Positions 20,254 to 31,800 are shown, counted from the first letter of the stretch. The stretch: DNA of 64,000 nt from Akkermansiaceae bacterium (GCA_051251915.1 JBPOGF010000020.1:34165-98164), one strand, 5' to 3'. Numbers and translations are program-made. The notes: a model not told the origin generated them from the letters alone.

Positions 20254-20340
20254 TCACAAAATCTTAACAAATTATCTCTTTATTTTCTCCAATTTTAACC
20301 CACATTAGTAGGAATATTCTACTTAGAAATAAACCATCAC

Positions 20341-21423
20341 ATGAAGACCATCCTCACTCTCACCACAGCATTCGCCACTATCGTCACACTAGCCTCATGC
20401 GGATCTACAACTCCTGATGCTATTTCTACGCCAGCAATAGATCAGCAAAGTGTCACCACCCCTAAAGCTAACGTGTATCATCAATCGAGCTCCAGCTCTA
20501 GAGGTCGAGAGGTAAATGGCATTGCTGCGATCGCCAACGGGAGAGTCGTCACGCGTAACGAAGTAGCCTTCATGCTAGCCCCCATCAGAGCTCGTCTCGC
20601 CATGAAACACCCTCGCATGGGCGCCACTTTTAATTCGGAGCTAGCAAAAAGTAAGAAGAAAATTCTAGAGGAACTCATCGACCGCCAGCTCATCATTCAC
20701 GAATTCAACTCCATGGGCGCTCAAATTCCAGACCACGCCATCAAGGCTGACATCAAACGCCAAGTTGATAAATCCTACAACGGTAGTGATGCTAAATTTC
20801 GCAAGCAACTTAAAGAATCAAACCTCTCCTACACTCGTTACTTTCAACTCACTAAAGATAAGTTAATTGGTCAAGCAATGCGCGCCCAACACTTCAATGA
20901 TCCTACACCGGCCACCCAGGACGAACTAATAGCGGAATACAATAAGCACAAACGCGACATGCGTGACCGTTCGAAGGATAAGATTGATTTTGAAAAAATC
21001 TACATTCCCGTAACCAACGATGATGACCTACTAGCAACACCTGAAACACAAAAAGCACTCGCTGAAGACATCGCTAAGAAAATCAAGAACGGTGCGAACT
21101 TTGCCGCGCTAGCAAAAGAATATTCCACAGACGCCTTCGCAGACCAAGGCGGCAAGCAAAACAACGTGAAGCGCACCGATCTTCGCCCAGACGTCAGCTT
21201 TGCACTCTTCACTGAGCCAATAGGAACTGTCATTGGACCTATCCAGCTAGATGCCGGTGGCTTCCAAATCATCCGCGTCACTCGCCAGATCGATGGACCA
21301 TACCCAGGACTATCCAAGGTTCGTACAGAAATGGAGCAAGCTGTGCAGAATAAAAAATCATCTGTTAGATTTGAGCGCTACATCAGCAGACTACGCAAGA
21401 AAGCTCTGATCAAATACAAATAA
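20341..21423 (+). CDS. SurA/PrsA-like parvulin peptidyl-prolyl isomerase lipoprotein
   Basis: Lipobox LASC, SurA N-domain (IAAIANGRVVT, LEELIDRQL) and rotamase FAALAKEYSTD...GG. Confidence 0.85.
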   Translation: MKTILTLTTAFATIVTLASCGSTTPDAISTPAIDQQSVTTPKANVYHQSSSSSRGREVNGIAAIANGRVVTRNEVAFMLAPIRARLAMKHPRMGATFNSELAKSKKKILEELIDRQLIIHEFNSMGAQIPDHAIKADIKRQVDKSYNGSDAKFRKQLKESNLSYTRYFQLTKDKLIGQAMRAQHFNDPTPATQDELIAEYNKHKRDMRDRSKDKIDFEKIYIPVTNDDDLLATPETQKALAEDIAKKIKNGANFAALAKEYSTDAFADQGGKQNNVKRTDLRPDVSFALFTEPIGTVIGPIQLDAGGFQIIRVTRQIDGPYPGLSKVRTEMEQAVQNKKSSVRFERYISRLRKKALIKYK

Positions 21424-21509
21424 AGCCCGGACTCTTGCTCTAGGAATAAATCATTAACTAGCTCCCCCCTACAGTTCTGTCCACTTAGCCCAGAATCGCT
21501 AAGCTAACC

Positions 21510-21913
21510 ATGGATTATTACAACCTAGATTTATTTGATGAGATTTCCACGGCAGAATTACTAGCCCTAAAGCAGGATAGCAAGCTCATCGCGTCCGGAA
21601 ACATCTTCATCTACAAGGACACTATAGGAAAACCAGGCGACATCTTCTTTGATCTGAAATCCATTAGAAAGACAGTAAATGGTCTAGTTTTTGACTTTGG
21701 TAGCTGCTCAGTGGAATAGACCACCCTTCAAGCATCGTCGTTAACCAATGCGTCATAGCAATCAAAACAGCATCCAAGATCGCGTGGCATTGGAACACCC
21801 ACCAAACGCTCAAATACACTTTAGCCGGTGACGGTCTTGAAACCAGCTCACCACAGAAAAAACATCAGTTTAATACTGATACCAACCAACCCGCATTTCT
21901 ACTCAGCACATGA
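21510..21913 (+). pseudogene. Frameshifted hypothetical gene (two apparent frameshifts)
   Basis: The 69-aa ORF stops at 21719. The -1 frame from 21716 continues IDHPSSIVVNQCVIAIKTASKIAWHWN..., and a further shift at the A6 run (21857-62) gives KHQFNTDTNQPAFLLST* (TGA 21911-13). Confidence 0.5.
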
Positions 21914-22013
21914 GCTGCCTACCTATGTCCAAGTAGTGAATAAACAAGACAACCAACAGAGCCATTTTCATCCTCTCCAAGCATTGCATCAATAGAGCGG
22001 AAGCTCAATATAC

Positions 22014-22775
22014 CTACTTCGCTTTGAATCTACTACACAAAGCCCCTTCTTTACCAGCCACCACATCACCAAGTCTTTCAGGGTGCGCTCCGTTCATGAT
22101 CACGGTTTCAATACCAGCATCCACACTACGCTTCACAGCCTGAAGTTTAGATGCCATCCCGCCCATAGAAAACTTACCTCTATCACCACGGGCAAAACCT
22201 AAAACTCTGTCAATATCTTCGATTTCTCTCACCACCTCATTGGTCTCCGGTGAAATTAATCCATCTATCGTAGACATCAAAATTAGCATATCCGCACCAA
22301 GCAACGTCCCCACTCTAGACGATAGCATATCATTATCACCCAGACTAATTTCCTTCACTGCAACCGAGTCATTCTCATTGATAATCGGAATAATATTCCC
22401 CATCTCTGAAAGCTTTCCGAGCGTATCCCTCACTCTTCCACTGCGGTCATCATTATTAAAATCATCTGCGGTTAAGAGCAACTGAGCCACACTGATCCCA
22501 AAATTCCGGAACAAGTTCTCATAAGCATGCATCAATCTAGTCTGCCCCACAGCAGCACAAGCTTGCCTAGTAGGCACATCCGTAGGGTATTCCTTCAGTC
22601 CTAGACTCGAAATACCTGCACCCACGGCACCGCTTGAAACAAGTATCACCTGATAGCCCTCACTAGGAATCTCTGAGATAGCAGTAACGAGCTTCACAAG
22701 TGCTGCCCCGTTTAACTGGCCATCGTTCTCATTCGTGAGTACTCCAGTACCTACCTTAATGATGATTTTTTTCAT
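22014..22775 (-). CDS. proB: Glutamate 5-kinase (no PUA domain)
   Basis: IKVGTGVL, VSSGAV, AAVGQ, IPIINEND, GDNDMLS, GGMASKL. Confidence 0.95.
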   Translation of the reverse strand: MKKIIIKVGTGVLTNENDGQLNGAALVKLVTAISEIPSEGYQVILVSSGAVGAGISSLGLKEYPTDVPTRQACAAVGQTRLMHAYENLFRNFGISVAQLLLTADDFNNDDRSGRVRDTLGKLSEMGNIIPIINENDSVAVKEISLGDNDMLSSRVGTLLGADMLILMSTIDGLISPETNEVVREIEDIDRVLGFARGDRGKFSMGGMASKLQAVKRSVDAGIETVIMNGAHPERLGDVVAGKEGALCSRFKAK

Positions 22776-22778
22776 GTA

Positions 22779-24479
22779 TTACTCGATGAGTTTAGCTGTA
22801 GCGCTATGGATAGCATCGCACACAGCCGGGAAAATCTGCTTCTTGCGACTCACCACATCCTTAGCATAAATTACACCATCTGGACGATGTTCGAAAGCAA
22901 TCTCGCGGATGATGCGCTCGTCGCCTTTAGCGAGGATCAAACTAATGTGCTTAGTCACATCCGTGATCGCAGCTATAGCCACATCGTAACCCTTATGTTT
23001 AATTAAAGACTCCAAACCCTCTTCTATCTCAACACGGCGACCATCAAAAGCATCGAGGCCTATCTCCTCAACCTGAGTAATACTAATGCTCTTACCACCC
23101 TCTTCGAACTCCTTCCTGTCCGTGTTCAGAAGCTCGTCAACTGAGCCCATGATTAACAGCGACCCAGAAGCAAATAAGTCATTCGTAAACTGAGCCGCAT
23201 CTACTCCAGCTATTTCACACAGCCATTTCAAAATATCCCTATCCACATCAGTAGTAGTTGGAGATGTAAGGTTCAGTGTATCAGAAATAAGCCCAGCACT
23301 AAGGCAAAGTGCCACACCCTTAGATAACGGTGCGTTTCTATCTTTAAACTTCCTCGCGATCAATGTGGATGATGACCCCACCGGCTCATTCAAGAAACGA
23401 ATAGGTTCACGCGAAACAACATTACCACCCAGTCTGTGGTGATCTATCACCTCCACAACCTTAGCTTCCTCTATCCCCTTAACCGCTTGTGAATACTCAT
23501 TATGATCCACCATCACCACTTTCGTTTCAGGCGGCGCCACTAAGTCGGCCTTAGTGAAAACCCCTATCAAATCTTTAGTTCCTTTCTTAACAACCGGGAA
23601 AATTTCCTGTTGGGCCAAGCTCAACCTCTTCCGGATATCAGACACAGCCTCATCATTATCCACACAGAAAAATTCACTACCCATCGCAGTATCCACCATC
23701 TTAGAACAACGGATCAACTGAACGGTCGTCGCAGTGTCATATTCGCAACAAATAATCATTACTCCATTCTCATGCGCTAATTTCAGCATCTCTGGCTCCA
23801 CATCAAACCCACCAGTCACCACCATCATCCTAACCTGATTTTCAATAGCCACCTGCTGCAAACGGGTTCTATCACCACAGATAACCAACTGCATTTTCGA
23901 GATACCAAGATCCAAATCCCTTATCAAACCTGCACGAGTTGTCACTTCACTAGACGCTCCCACGAACATCACTAACTCCTCCTCTTCACCGGCAATTGGA
24001 GCCCCTACTGACACACCTTTTAGCGATTCTAAAATTTTCTGCGGCGATACATACACTGTCTTCACCGCCTTACTTCCAGAAACATCCTGAGGCATCAACA
24101 ACTGCATCAACTGAGTAAAGTTCAGTATCCCACGGATCTCACCATCATCTGAGACCACTGGTAGAGACTCCACTCCACTTTGCTGCATCGCATTATATAC
24201 TTTAAGAAATGTATCTCCCTCAGAAACCATTACCGTAGCCTTATCACTGATCAACTCCGCAGTAGTTCGGATATCAGTCACCAATTTAGGAGCGCGAACA
24301 CCAGCCTGATCCAGAACCCATTTCACTCGAGATGGCACACTACCACAGCGCAGTGCCTCCGCATTAGTGCCCTCAGCCACGCGCAAATATTCCGCATATC
24401 CAATTGCTGCACAGATCGCATCCGTGTCTGGGTTTAAGTGACCGATTACATATACTGGTTCTTGGCTTGTTAGAGTCAT
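22779..24479 (-). CDS. ppaC: Mn-dependent inorganic pyrophosphatase with CBS and DRTGG inserts (CBS-PPase)
   Basis: GHLNPDTD, VDHNE, DHH, SDT and SRKKQ motifs, with a CBS pair/DRTGG-like insert. Confidence 0.92.
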   Translation of the reverse strand: MTLTSQEPVYVIGHLNPDTDAICAAIGYAEYLRVAEGTNAEALRCGSVPSRVKWVLDQAGVRAPKLVTDIRTTAELISDKATVMVSEGDTFLKVYNAMQQSGVESLPVVSDDGEIRGILNFTQLMQLLMPQDVSGSKAVKTVYVSPQKILESLKGVSVGAPIAGEEEELVMFVGASSEVTTRAGLIRDLDLGISKMQLVICGDRTRLQQVAIENQVRMMVVTGGFDVEPEMLKLAHENGVMIICCEYDTATTVQLIRCSKMVDTAMGSEFFCVDNDEAVSDIRKRLSLAQQEIFPVVKKGTKDLIGVFTKADLVAPPETKVVMVDHNEYSQAVKGIEEAKVVEVIDHHRLGGNVVSREPIRFLNEPVGSSSTLIARKFKDRNAPLSKGVALCLSAGLISDTLNLTSPTTTDVDRDILKWLCEIAGVDAAQFTNDLFASGSLLIMGSVDELLNTDRKEFEEGGKSISITQVEEIGLDAFDGRRVEIEEGLESLIKHKGYDVAIAAITDVTKHISLILAKGDERIIREIAFEHRPDGVIYAKDVVSRKKQIFPAVCDAIHSATAKLIE

Positions 24480-24623
24480 ATTTTAATAGATTTCTTGTGA
24501 AGAGTTAACTTCCTCAAACCTTCTTATGTTTTAAAATATTTTGCAATAAATTTAACTAATCTGTTTGTTGTATGTCACTATTTTTTGCCTTGGTTAGTTC
24601 TCACCACATTCTACACTACCGCC

Positions 24624-25604
24624 ATGAAGAGAAAGATCCACAGCGTCACCAACATCACCGTTGAAGATTTCTACCTGAAATACGGCAACAAATTAAAACT
24701 CAAACTGCACAATAAAGACAACCCAGAAAGCTACGATCTATCACGTAAAATCACCGAGCCATCCACTCACAGACCAGGCCTAGCTCTCACCGGATACCTA
24801 GACTATTTCGCCTATCTAAGAGTCCAGGTATTAGGAAACTCAGAGATCGCCTACCTAAACTCACTAGATACAGAGACCCTCCGCGCCCGCATTCAGACCA
24901 TTTGTGAAATCGGCATTCCATGCATCGTCATCACACGTGGCTCTGATATATCAGACGAGCTTGCCGCCAGCATCGCTCCATTCCGCATCCCCATTTTCCT
25001 CACCACCATGAAAACCATGCGCTTCTCTAACCGGGCTGCTCTCGGCCTAGAAACGGAATTCGCCCAGACCACCTCAGTTCATGGATGCATGCTTCATTTC
25101 AAAGGCTTCGGAGTTCTCATCAAAGGAAAGAGCGGCTCAGGAAAAAGTGAAACAGCCATCGGACTTGTCGAGCGCGGTGCCGCCCTCATCGCGGATGATC
25201 ACGTTAATATCCGTAACGTCAGCGGAGAACTCACCGCCTATTCTAAAGGCTTCTCTAGAGGATTTATCGAAATGCGTGGTATCGGCATCGTCAATGTGAC
25301 CAATATCTACGGCCTAGGAGCCATGATGCCAGACTCAAAGCTAGATCTCATCGTAAACCTCCTCCCCCACAGCGATCTCAATGAAGTCGACAGAACTGGC
25401 ATCGACCGCGAGACCGAAGTCGTCTTAGGAGTAAAAGTCCCCTACGTAAATATCCCAGTCTCACCAGGTCGAGACACCGTTAGACTCGTAGCAGTAACGA
25501 TCCTAGAGCTTCAACTTCGTAGACTAGGCTACGATATGGCTGATGAATTTAACAACAGACTCAATGAAAAAATCAATAAAGGAAACAATGAAAAACATTC
25601 ATAA
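24624..25604 (+). CDS. hprK: HPr kinase/phosphorylase
   Basis: HRPGLALTGY, HG, GKSGSGKSE, LIADD, EMRGIGI, PVSPGR. ATG 24624 preferred. Confidence 0.95.
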   Translation: MKRKIHSVTNITVEDFYLKYGNKLKLKLHNKDNPESYDLSRKITEPSTHRPGLALTGYLDYFAYLRVQVLGNSEIAYLNSLDTETLRARIQTICEIGIPCIVITRGSDISDELAASIAPFRIPIFLTTMKTMRFSNRAALGLETEFAQTTSVHGCMLHFKGFGVLIKGKSGSGKSETAIGLVERGAALIADDHVNIRNVSGELTAYSKGFSRGFIEMRGIGIVNVTNIYGLGAMMPDSKLDLIVNLLPHSDLNEVDRTGIDRETEVVLGVKVPYVNIPVSPGRDTVRLVAVTILELQLRRLGYDMADEFNNRLNEKINKGNNEKHS

Positions 25605-25698
25605 ATCACTTTTTTATCCCTGACTGAAAAATTTCCCTTCCACTCCCTGTTTTCTCCCACTAAGATTTTATACATCAAACGAACATATCAATTACCGC

Positions 25699-25962
25699 AT
25701 GCCTAGTAAGGAAATCACAATCACAAACAAGCTTGGAATCCACGCCCGCCCCGCAGCTCAATTCGTCAAGACCGCCAATAAATTTGACGCCGAGATCACC
25801 GTCGAAAAAGATGGGGAGGAAATCGATGGAAAAAGTATCATGGGACTAATGATGCTCGCAGCTGGTCACGGTTCCGTGCTCATCATTACTACAGAAGGTC
25901 CACAAGAAAAGGAATCACTCGACGCCCTCATCGCTCTCGTAGAAAGAGACTTTGAGGACTAA
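25699..25962 (+). CDS. ptsH: Phosphocarrier protein HPr
   Basis: GIHARPAA (His15) and GKSIMG (Ser46). Confidence 0.97.
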   Translation: MPSKEITITNKLGIHARPAAQFVKTANKFDAEITVEKDGEEIDGKSIMGLMMLAAGHGSVLIITTEGPQEKESLDALIALVERDFED

Positions 25963-26018
25963 CTTATAACTCCTAGTTATATCCTTCCCATATCCCCTTT
26001 ATAGAAGGGTATCCACTC

Positions 26019-27794
26019 ATGCCACTCCACACATCACACGAAGAAAAAATCCTTCAAGGCACCGCGGTATCACCCGGTCTCGCCTTTGGACCCGTGCATG
26101 TGATTGCCAGAGGCATGATAGCTCCTGATGTCTACGAAATCTCTGAAGATCATATCGATTACGAGCTTACACGCTTCCATGAAGCCATCGCCAAGACCAA
26201 GATTCAGCTCAGTGGTATTCAGAAAAAAATCGAAGACATCTCAGAAGATCATGAGTCACTCATCTTCGAGGCGCACCTCCTCATCCTTGAGGACAAATCC
26301 ATTCTCAAGAAGGTAGAAGCAGGCATCGCTAGTAGACTCCAAAATGCTGAGTTTGTTTATTATGCTGTCATTCAGACATACTGCGAAGCTATTCGTAGGA
26401 TGAACGATAGCTACCTAGCAGAGCGTGCCACTGACATCGATGACGTCGCCCAGCGAGTAATCAGAAATTTCTCATCAGCAGATGAAGAGCACAAATCACT
26501 AGATCTCGACCCTGATCATAAGCACATCATCGTCGCCTATGATCTCACGCCCTCTGACACCGCAACCATGGATCGTCAGAAATCCCTAGGATTTGTCACC
26601 GAACAAGGCAGTGTCAACTCTCACACCGCCATCCTCTCCCGCTCACTCGGCATCCCCGCCATTGTCGGATTAGAAGATGCGGTAATGAACATCAAGTCCC
26701 TAACCTTCATTATTCTCGACGGTTACACGGGCCAAATCATCCTCAACCCAACGCCAGAAACCATCGAGAGATACCGTGACATTGAGCGCGGTAAACAAGA
26801 ACGGGAAACCGAACTCGATGATATAAAGGAAAGCCAAACTCACACCACCGATGACCGCGTCATCACCCTCTCAGCAAATATAGAGTTTGAGCACGAGCTT
26901 CCTTACGTTGAGAAAGCTGGCGCCGAAGGCATTGGCCTGTTCCGCACCGAGTTCTACCTCCTAGGAGTAGGTGAAATCCCAGACGAGAACCGCCAGACTA
27001 GAGTTTACACCGAAGTAGCCAAGCACACTCAGCCACACCAAGCCATCATCCGCACACTTGATGCCGGTGGTGATAAATTACCTGCTGAGCCTCTTCCTGA
27101 ACCAGAACCAAATCCATTTTTAGGTTGGCGTGGTATTCGTGTCTCACTTTCACGTATCGGTATGTTCAAAGAACAACTCCGTGCCATCCTCAGAGCCAGT
27201 GCCCATGGTAAGCTAGGCGTTATGTTCCCGCTCATTTCTGGTCTCCAAGAACTCCTTAAAGCAAAAGAGATCTTACAAGAATGCATGGATGAACTTGCCG
27301 CAGCAAACGTCCCGTTTGATCCAGAAATGGAAGTCGGCATGATGATCGAGGTTCCATCAGCCGCACTCATGGCTGAAGAACTCGGTAAACACGTAGACTT
27401 CTTCTCCATCGGCACCAATGACCTTATCCAGTACACGGTAGCCGTAGATCGAGTAAACAAAAACGTTTCAGCCCTCTACAAGCCAACCAACCCAGCCGTC
27501 ATCAGACTCATCGACATGACCGCCCAAGCCGCTAGAAATAACGGCATCTGGACAGGCATCTGCGGAGAAATGGCCAGTGACCTCAACCTCACCCCCCTTC
27601 TCGTAGGTCTCGGAATCGACGAACTTTCTGTAGGAACTCACCAACTCCCCAGAATCAAAAAGGCAGTCCGCTCACTCCACTATGGCGATTGCCAAGCTCT
27701 AGCCAAAGAAGCCTTAACCTGCAGATTCAGCCAAGACATCTACGACCTCAGTCAAAATATGGCACTCAGCAGCTACCCATTCTTGATCGAGTAA
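26019..27794 (+). CDS. ptsI: PEP-protein phosphotransferase (Enzyme I)
   Basis: SHTAIL phospho-His, GIGLFRTEF, NPFLGWRGIR, FSIGTNDL, ICGEMA. Confidence 0.97.
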   Translation: MPLHTSHEEKILQGTAVSPGLAFGPVHVIARGMIAPDVYEISEDHIDYELTRFHEAIAKTKIQLSGIQKKIEDISEDHESLIFEAHLLILEDKSILKKVEAGIASRLQNAEFVYYAVIQTYCEAIRRMNDSYLAERATDIDDVAQRVIRNFSSADEEHKSLDLDPDHKHIIVAYDLTPSDTATMDRQKSLGFVTEQGSVNSHTAILSRSLGIPAIVGLEDAVMNIKSLTFIILDGYTGQIILNPTPETIERYRDIERGKQERETELDDIKESQTHTTDDRVITLSANIEFEHELPYVEKAGAEGIGLFRTEFYLLGVGEIPDENRQTRVYTEVAKHTQPHQAIIRTLDAGGDKLPAEPLPEPEPNPFLGWRGIRVSLSRIGMFKEQLRAILRASAHGKLGVMFPLISGLQELLKAKEILQECMDELAAANVPFDPEMEVGMMIEVPSAALMAEELGKHVDFFSIGTNDLIQYTVAVDRVNKNVSALYKPTNPAVIRLIDMTAQAARNNGIWTGICGEMASDLNLTPLLVGLGIDELSVGTHQLPRIKKAVRSLHYGDCQALAKEALTCRFSQDIYDLSQNMALSSYPFLIE

Positions 27795-27866
27795 CTCTAG
27801 CTTGCCCCTCATCACAGCAGTGCTACAAAGTAGTCAAATAAATAGGACTAATAAGGAGGACTAATC

Positions 27867-27899
27867 CCGGAGTGATTTTTCTTTCCATCAAGCCATGAC
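27867..27899. repeat. Dispersed repeat, partial copy (shared with 35857)
   Basis: CCGGAGTGATTTTTCTTTC is identical at 27867-85 and 35857-75, with looser similarity continuing to TGAC. Confidence 0.65.
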
Positions 27900-27900
27900 G

Positions 27901-27930
27901 AAAAAAGCTGTGCCCTTGAGCACAGCTAAA
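27901..27930 (-). terminator. Intrinsic terminator between convergent genes
   Basis: AAAAAAGCTGTGC-CCTTGA-GCACAGCT. Confidence 0.7.
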
Positions 27931-28056
27931 TTTATTTAAGGACATCAACCTCAAGAAGCTAGAGAAACCCCATACCAACTAAAGGATGAAAATGTATTTT
28001 GCATTAACTTTCAAGACTAGTCCTAGTTTAAGAACCAGTCCTGAAAACAAATTACA

Positions 28057-28788
28057 CTACATCGGCTCTTGGCTAAAATCTTCTAGCACCTGAGCACGAT
28101 AGCTAATTCTCTGAGTGCTACTCGTTTTTGGGTAAAGAAAGAGAATTGTGCGCTTTTCATCTCTGTATTTGGCAGAGGTTGAATACACCACTTTGCGAGT
28201 TGATTTGATGGATGTGATCATCTCTATCGGAATTACTTCCCCATTTTTAAGAGAAGAAGAACTGATGATAGACCTGTTCGCCTGGCACTTGAATATATCA
28301 CTCTTATCACCTACATAACCAATGATTGGAGTCTGCCCTAAGTTTACAACTTGGTATGAACCATATTTGAAACGAGTAGGTGAAAACTCAAGGATCTGCC
28401 CTTGACCTTTTTTATCCCTAGCACTCCAGTATAAAACAACCAAAGGTTCGACGACCTTGGATGATATCGGCAAAGTGAGATATGGCTGATAAATCGGCTC
28501 ATCCACACCAGTCTCTATCTTCGTGTAGAAGGTGATCGGCTGACCATGAGTGAAAGGTAGCTTTTTAGTGTAAGCCATTCTGAATGCTTCTAACTCGGAA
28601 TACTTGCCTTTCTTGCCTTTGTAATAAAGCTGAGGACCCGCCCAATCACTGAATAGGCTAACACGATAACCCGCCTTATTTGCTTCTATTTTCTTATTCT
28701 CAGTTGTCAACGGTTTAGCGCTTACAACACCGAACATAGCCCAGGTAATGAGCATTATTATGTATATTGATTTTTGCTTTTTCATCAT
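28057..28788 (-). CDS. Exported hypothetical protein accompanying the PilX-like gene
   Basis: Signal peptide (MMKKQK...VVSA-K), predicted beta-rich, 18 bp downstream of the 1204-aa gene. Confidence 0.7.
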   Translation of the reverse strand: MMKKQKSIYIIMLITWAMFGVVSAKPLTTENKKIEANKAGYRVSLFSDWAGPQLYYKGKKGKYSELEAFRMAYTKKLPFTHGQPITFYTKIETGVDEPIYQPYLTLPISSKVVEPLVVLYWSARDKKGQGQILEFSPTRFKYGSYQVVNLGQTPIIGYVGDKSDIFKCQANRSIISSSSLKNGEVIPIEMITSIKSTRKVVYSTSAKYRDEKRTILFLYPKTSSTQRISYRAQVLEDFSQEPM

Positions 28789-28806
28789 TTTGTTTTGTTT
28801 GTTAGT

Positions 28807-31800
28807 TTAAATTTCGTCGGATTTCATCCACTGGAATGAAGTTACTTTGATTCGTCTGCCAAAGTTTTGAGCAGACACACTCAAATCTGGATTAGACTGC
28901 CATTGGCGTAAAATAGGCTGGTCAGTTGAATTGCCTCTTGGGTAGTCAGGATGCGGAATGGTGCTATCTTCATCACTCCCATTGACCCACTCCGGTGTTC
29001 GCTGAACGATCATCTCGCACCAGGCTTGAGCCTTAATTCTACCAGAGCTATCTTTACTATCGCCGTATGCACGGATTACAAAGGTATCAGATCGAGTCGC
29101 TATGATTGGGCCTAATAGGTTGAGAACATCACCTTGATCAAGTTGACGTGCCATTCCAGCACTAGAAGTGGCTGCTGAATTCTCCAGTCCATTGCCAGTA
29201 GTAGAACCAATACTGAATCCACTATTGATATTTGATTTATCGATCGCAGCCTGGATTGCTCCTGCCTCCCCAGTCTCATCAGAAACTAAGCGACGATTAA
29301 CAAAATCCGATAGCCCCATGAACGGACCACGCTCTCTTACCTGCTCGACAATGGCCTCAGCGAGTGAATCCAACTCACTATCATCCAATGAACGGAAGCC
29401 TGTGTAATCATCATCTTTCCCAGCAGGTGTGCTGAATCGACTAATAGGAGAAACATCAGAACCCGCGGTTTCGCTAGTGACCGTAGTTCCGTTCAGATAG
29501 GAAATTTCTCTACCACTGAGGGAACCTAGAATTGCTTTCCATGCTTCCACGCTAGTCGAGTTCACATTAAAAGCGCCACGGATGCCTAGGTAACTCCCTA
29601 TTTCTTGATAATCCTTAAGTTCATCTTTATCACTACTTGAAGCCGGAGCAATGAGTTCCATTCTTGCATTTGAGAGCGCCTTACCGACATCTCCATCTAC
29701 AATCGCTTGCACAGCCGCGTCATGAGTAGAATACGTTTGATCCGCAGCATCTCCCCAGTTCATCCCAGAGAAGTAAAATCTGTCCCAGAGTGCCTCGTTA
29801 GCGGCCCATGAGGTATCAAACTGATGCTTTACATCATTGAGTGTAAACCTTGTCGGTGAGAGCTTATTATAAATCTGAGTGTAATCAGTCTGGCCAACCT
29901 GTAACCGTGAATTCCCAATGGATCGCATTGCATGTAAATTAAACTTAGAGGTGTCTGCATGCTGTAATGCTCCTAATGAAACCGTTGGACCGTACGGAAG
30001 GTCAAACAATACAACCTTAGGAGATCCTCCCTCTGAAGCATTTTTGCCCTCACCCCAGTAAGAGCTTGTCCCATCAGCTCCAGTAATCTGTAACTCCGAA
30101 ATCAAACGTTCACTAAGAATCAAATCCCAATTGGGAGCGACATCGTGCTTTTTATCATAGTCAGCTGGACAGGTCACTAAGCTTCGGTAATTAAAATCAC
30201 TCATCACCGCAGCATCACCAGTAAAGTCTTTGAGCCCCATATCGAGCGTGAAGATACCTTTACCGCCTGCTGCAGGACTAGCTATTTGATCAACGTTCAG
30301 CGTTACGCTCACCTCACTAACTGCAGCAGGTGTCACTTTGATCGCTTGCACCAAGGAATGTAGCTCACGGTCATAGATAAATGAACTATCAGTAGAGGCC
30401 TGGCTCTGATCAAAGAGATCAAAAGCTCCCCCAGTAGCGGCTGTAGGATAATGTAAACGTGTGAATAAATGAGGAATCTGATATTTAAAATACCCATCTT
30501 TGAACCGAGAATAGAATCCTTTGATAGTCACTGGCTCATCAGGATCTACATCGAGAGTTTGAGCCGAACTACCACCAAGATAAACACCAGCAGCCATATC
30601 AAATCCCATCTGAGCAGGAACAATGTAAGCATCTCCATCAGTCCCTTGAAAACCACCACTCACTGAAACTGTTCTGATCTCGCCAGGCTCCAATCTATTA
30701 TTACCAGTAGGTGATGGCTCGATTCTAAAGCTCTGCATCTTCTGTGATTGTGCACCTCCTCCAGAGACACCTAAAGTAAAGAGAACTGTTTTATCTGTGG
30801 ATGTGGTAGCATCTGTATAGGTCATTTCCATTCCATTTAAGAAATTGAAATACACCAAATCGAAACTCATTGAGTAAAATTCGATAGGATGATTATAGGG
30901 GTTATGAATCACGAAAAACGGATTCAACGTGATGTAATACTTATCATTATCACGCGCTAAACCATACTGCATGACCATTCTTATCAACTCAGGGCTAACT
31001 TTCTGCACCGTAGGCTCATTCCTAGCACCTGCTTGAAAAGTATCATAGCTCCCAGCCACTCCATGTGCAGACACAATAGGGAAATCATTATTACTGTTGT
31101 TATTACTATGTGTAGCACTGTGACGAGATCCAAGTGACCGGTTATCAATAGATCCTGGCTCACGATTGTAAGAAAATGGCACCACACTATGCGCAGCTAA
31201 TGCATCTGAAGATGAAGGCACTGATAGCCCCCTGAAGTTCAGCTCATTACGCTCTTTCTTATAAGTCCTGTAATGGTTACGAAGCAAATCCCATGTTGGA
31301 CCTCTATACCTATCAGTTGAATCTACTGGAATCTCATATAAATACCCAAGAGACTCATCCGTATCTTCTGAATAATACAACGGGTTAGAGGTCGCATCAC
31401 TCGGAGCAAATGAACTATAAATCTCTGTCTTATTCACCTCCTCAGCAGCATTAAATTCAGCAATCTCTCCAAATTCTTCAATGTCCATCTCAAATGCGGT
31501 TGATAGATCACGGCGAACACCGCCCCATCTGTTATCAACCAGCAAACCAACATGTGATGTTGTCAAATCATGGAAACGATCTCTCACTGGAGATTGTCCA
31601 CTACTAGCAAAATCAAGAGTTTTATATTTGAAAAACTTCGTCAGATCTCCCTCAGAAGTAGCACCAGGAAGATAGTCTGTGTAAGACTCCATCCCAGTCA
31701 TATGCTGAACACCTGTTCCTGCTGGCACACCAGTAAGCCCTGAAGAAGCCCAGTTCTCATCTACTACATCACTAGGAGCAGTGATGTCTAATCTAGCCTT

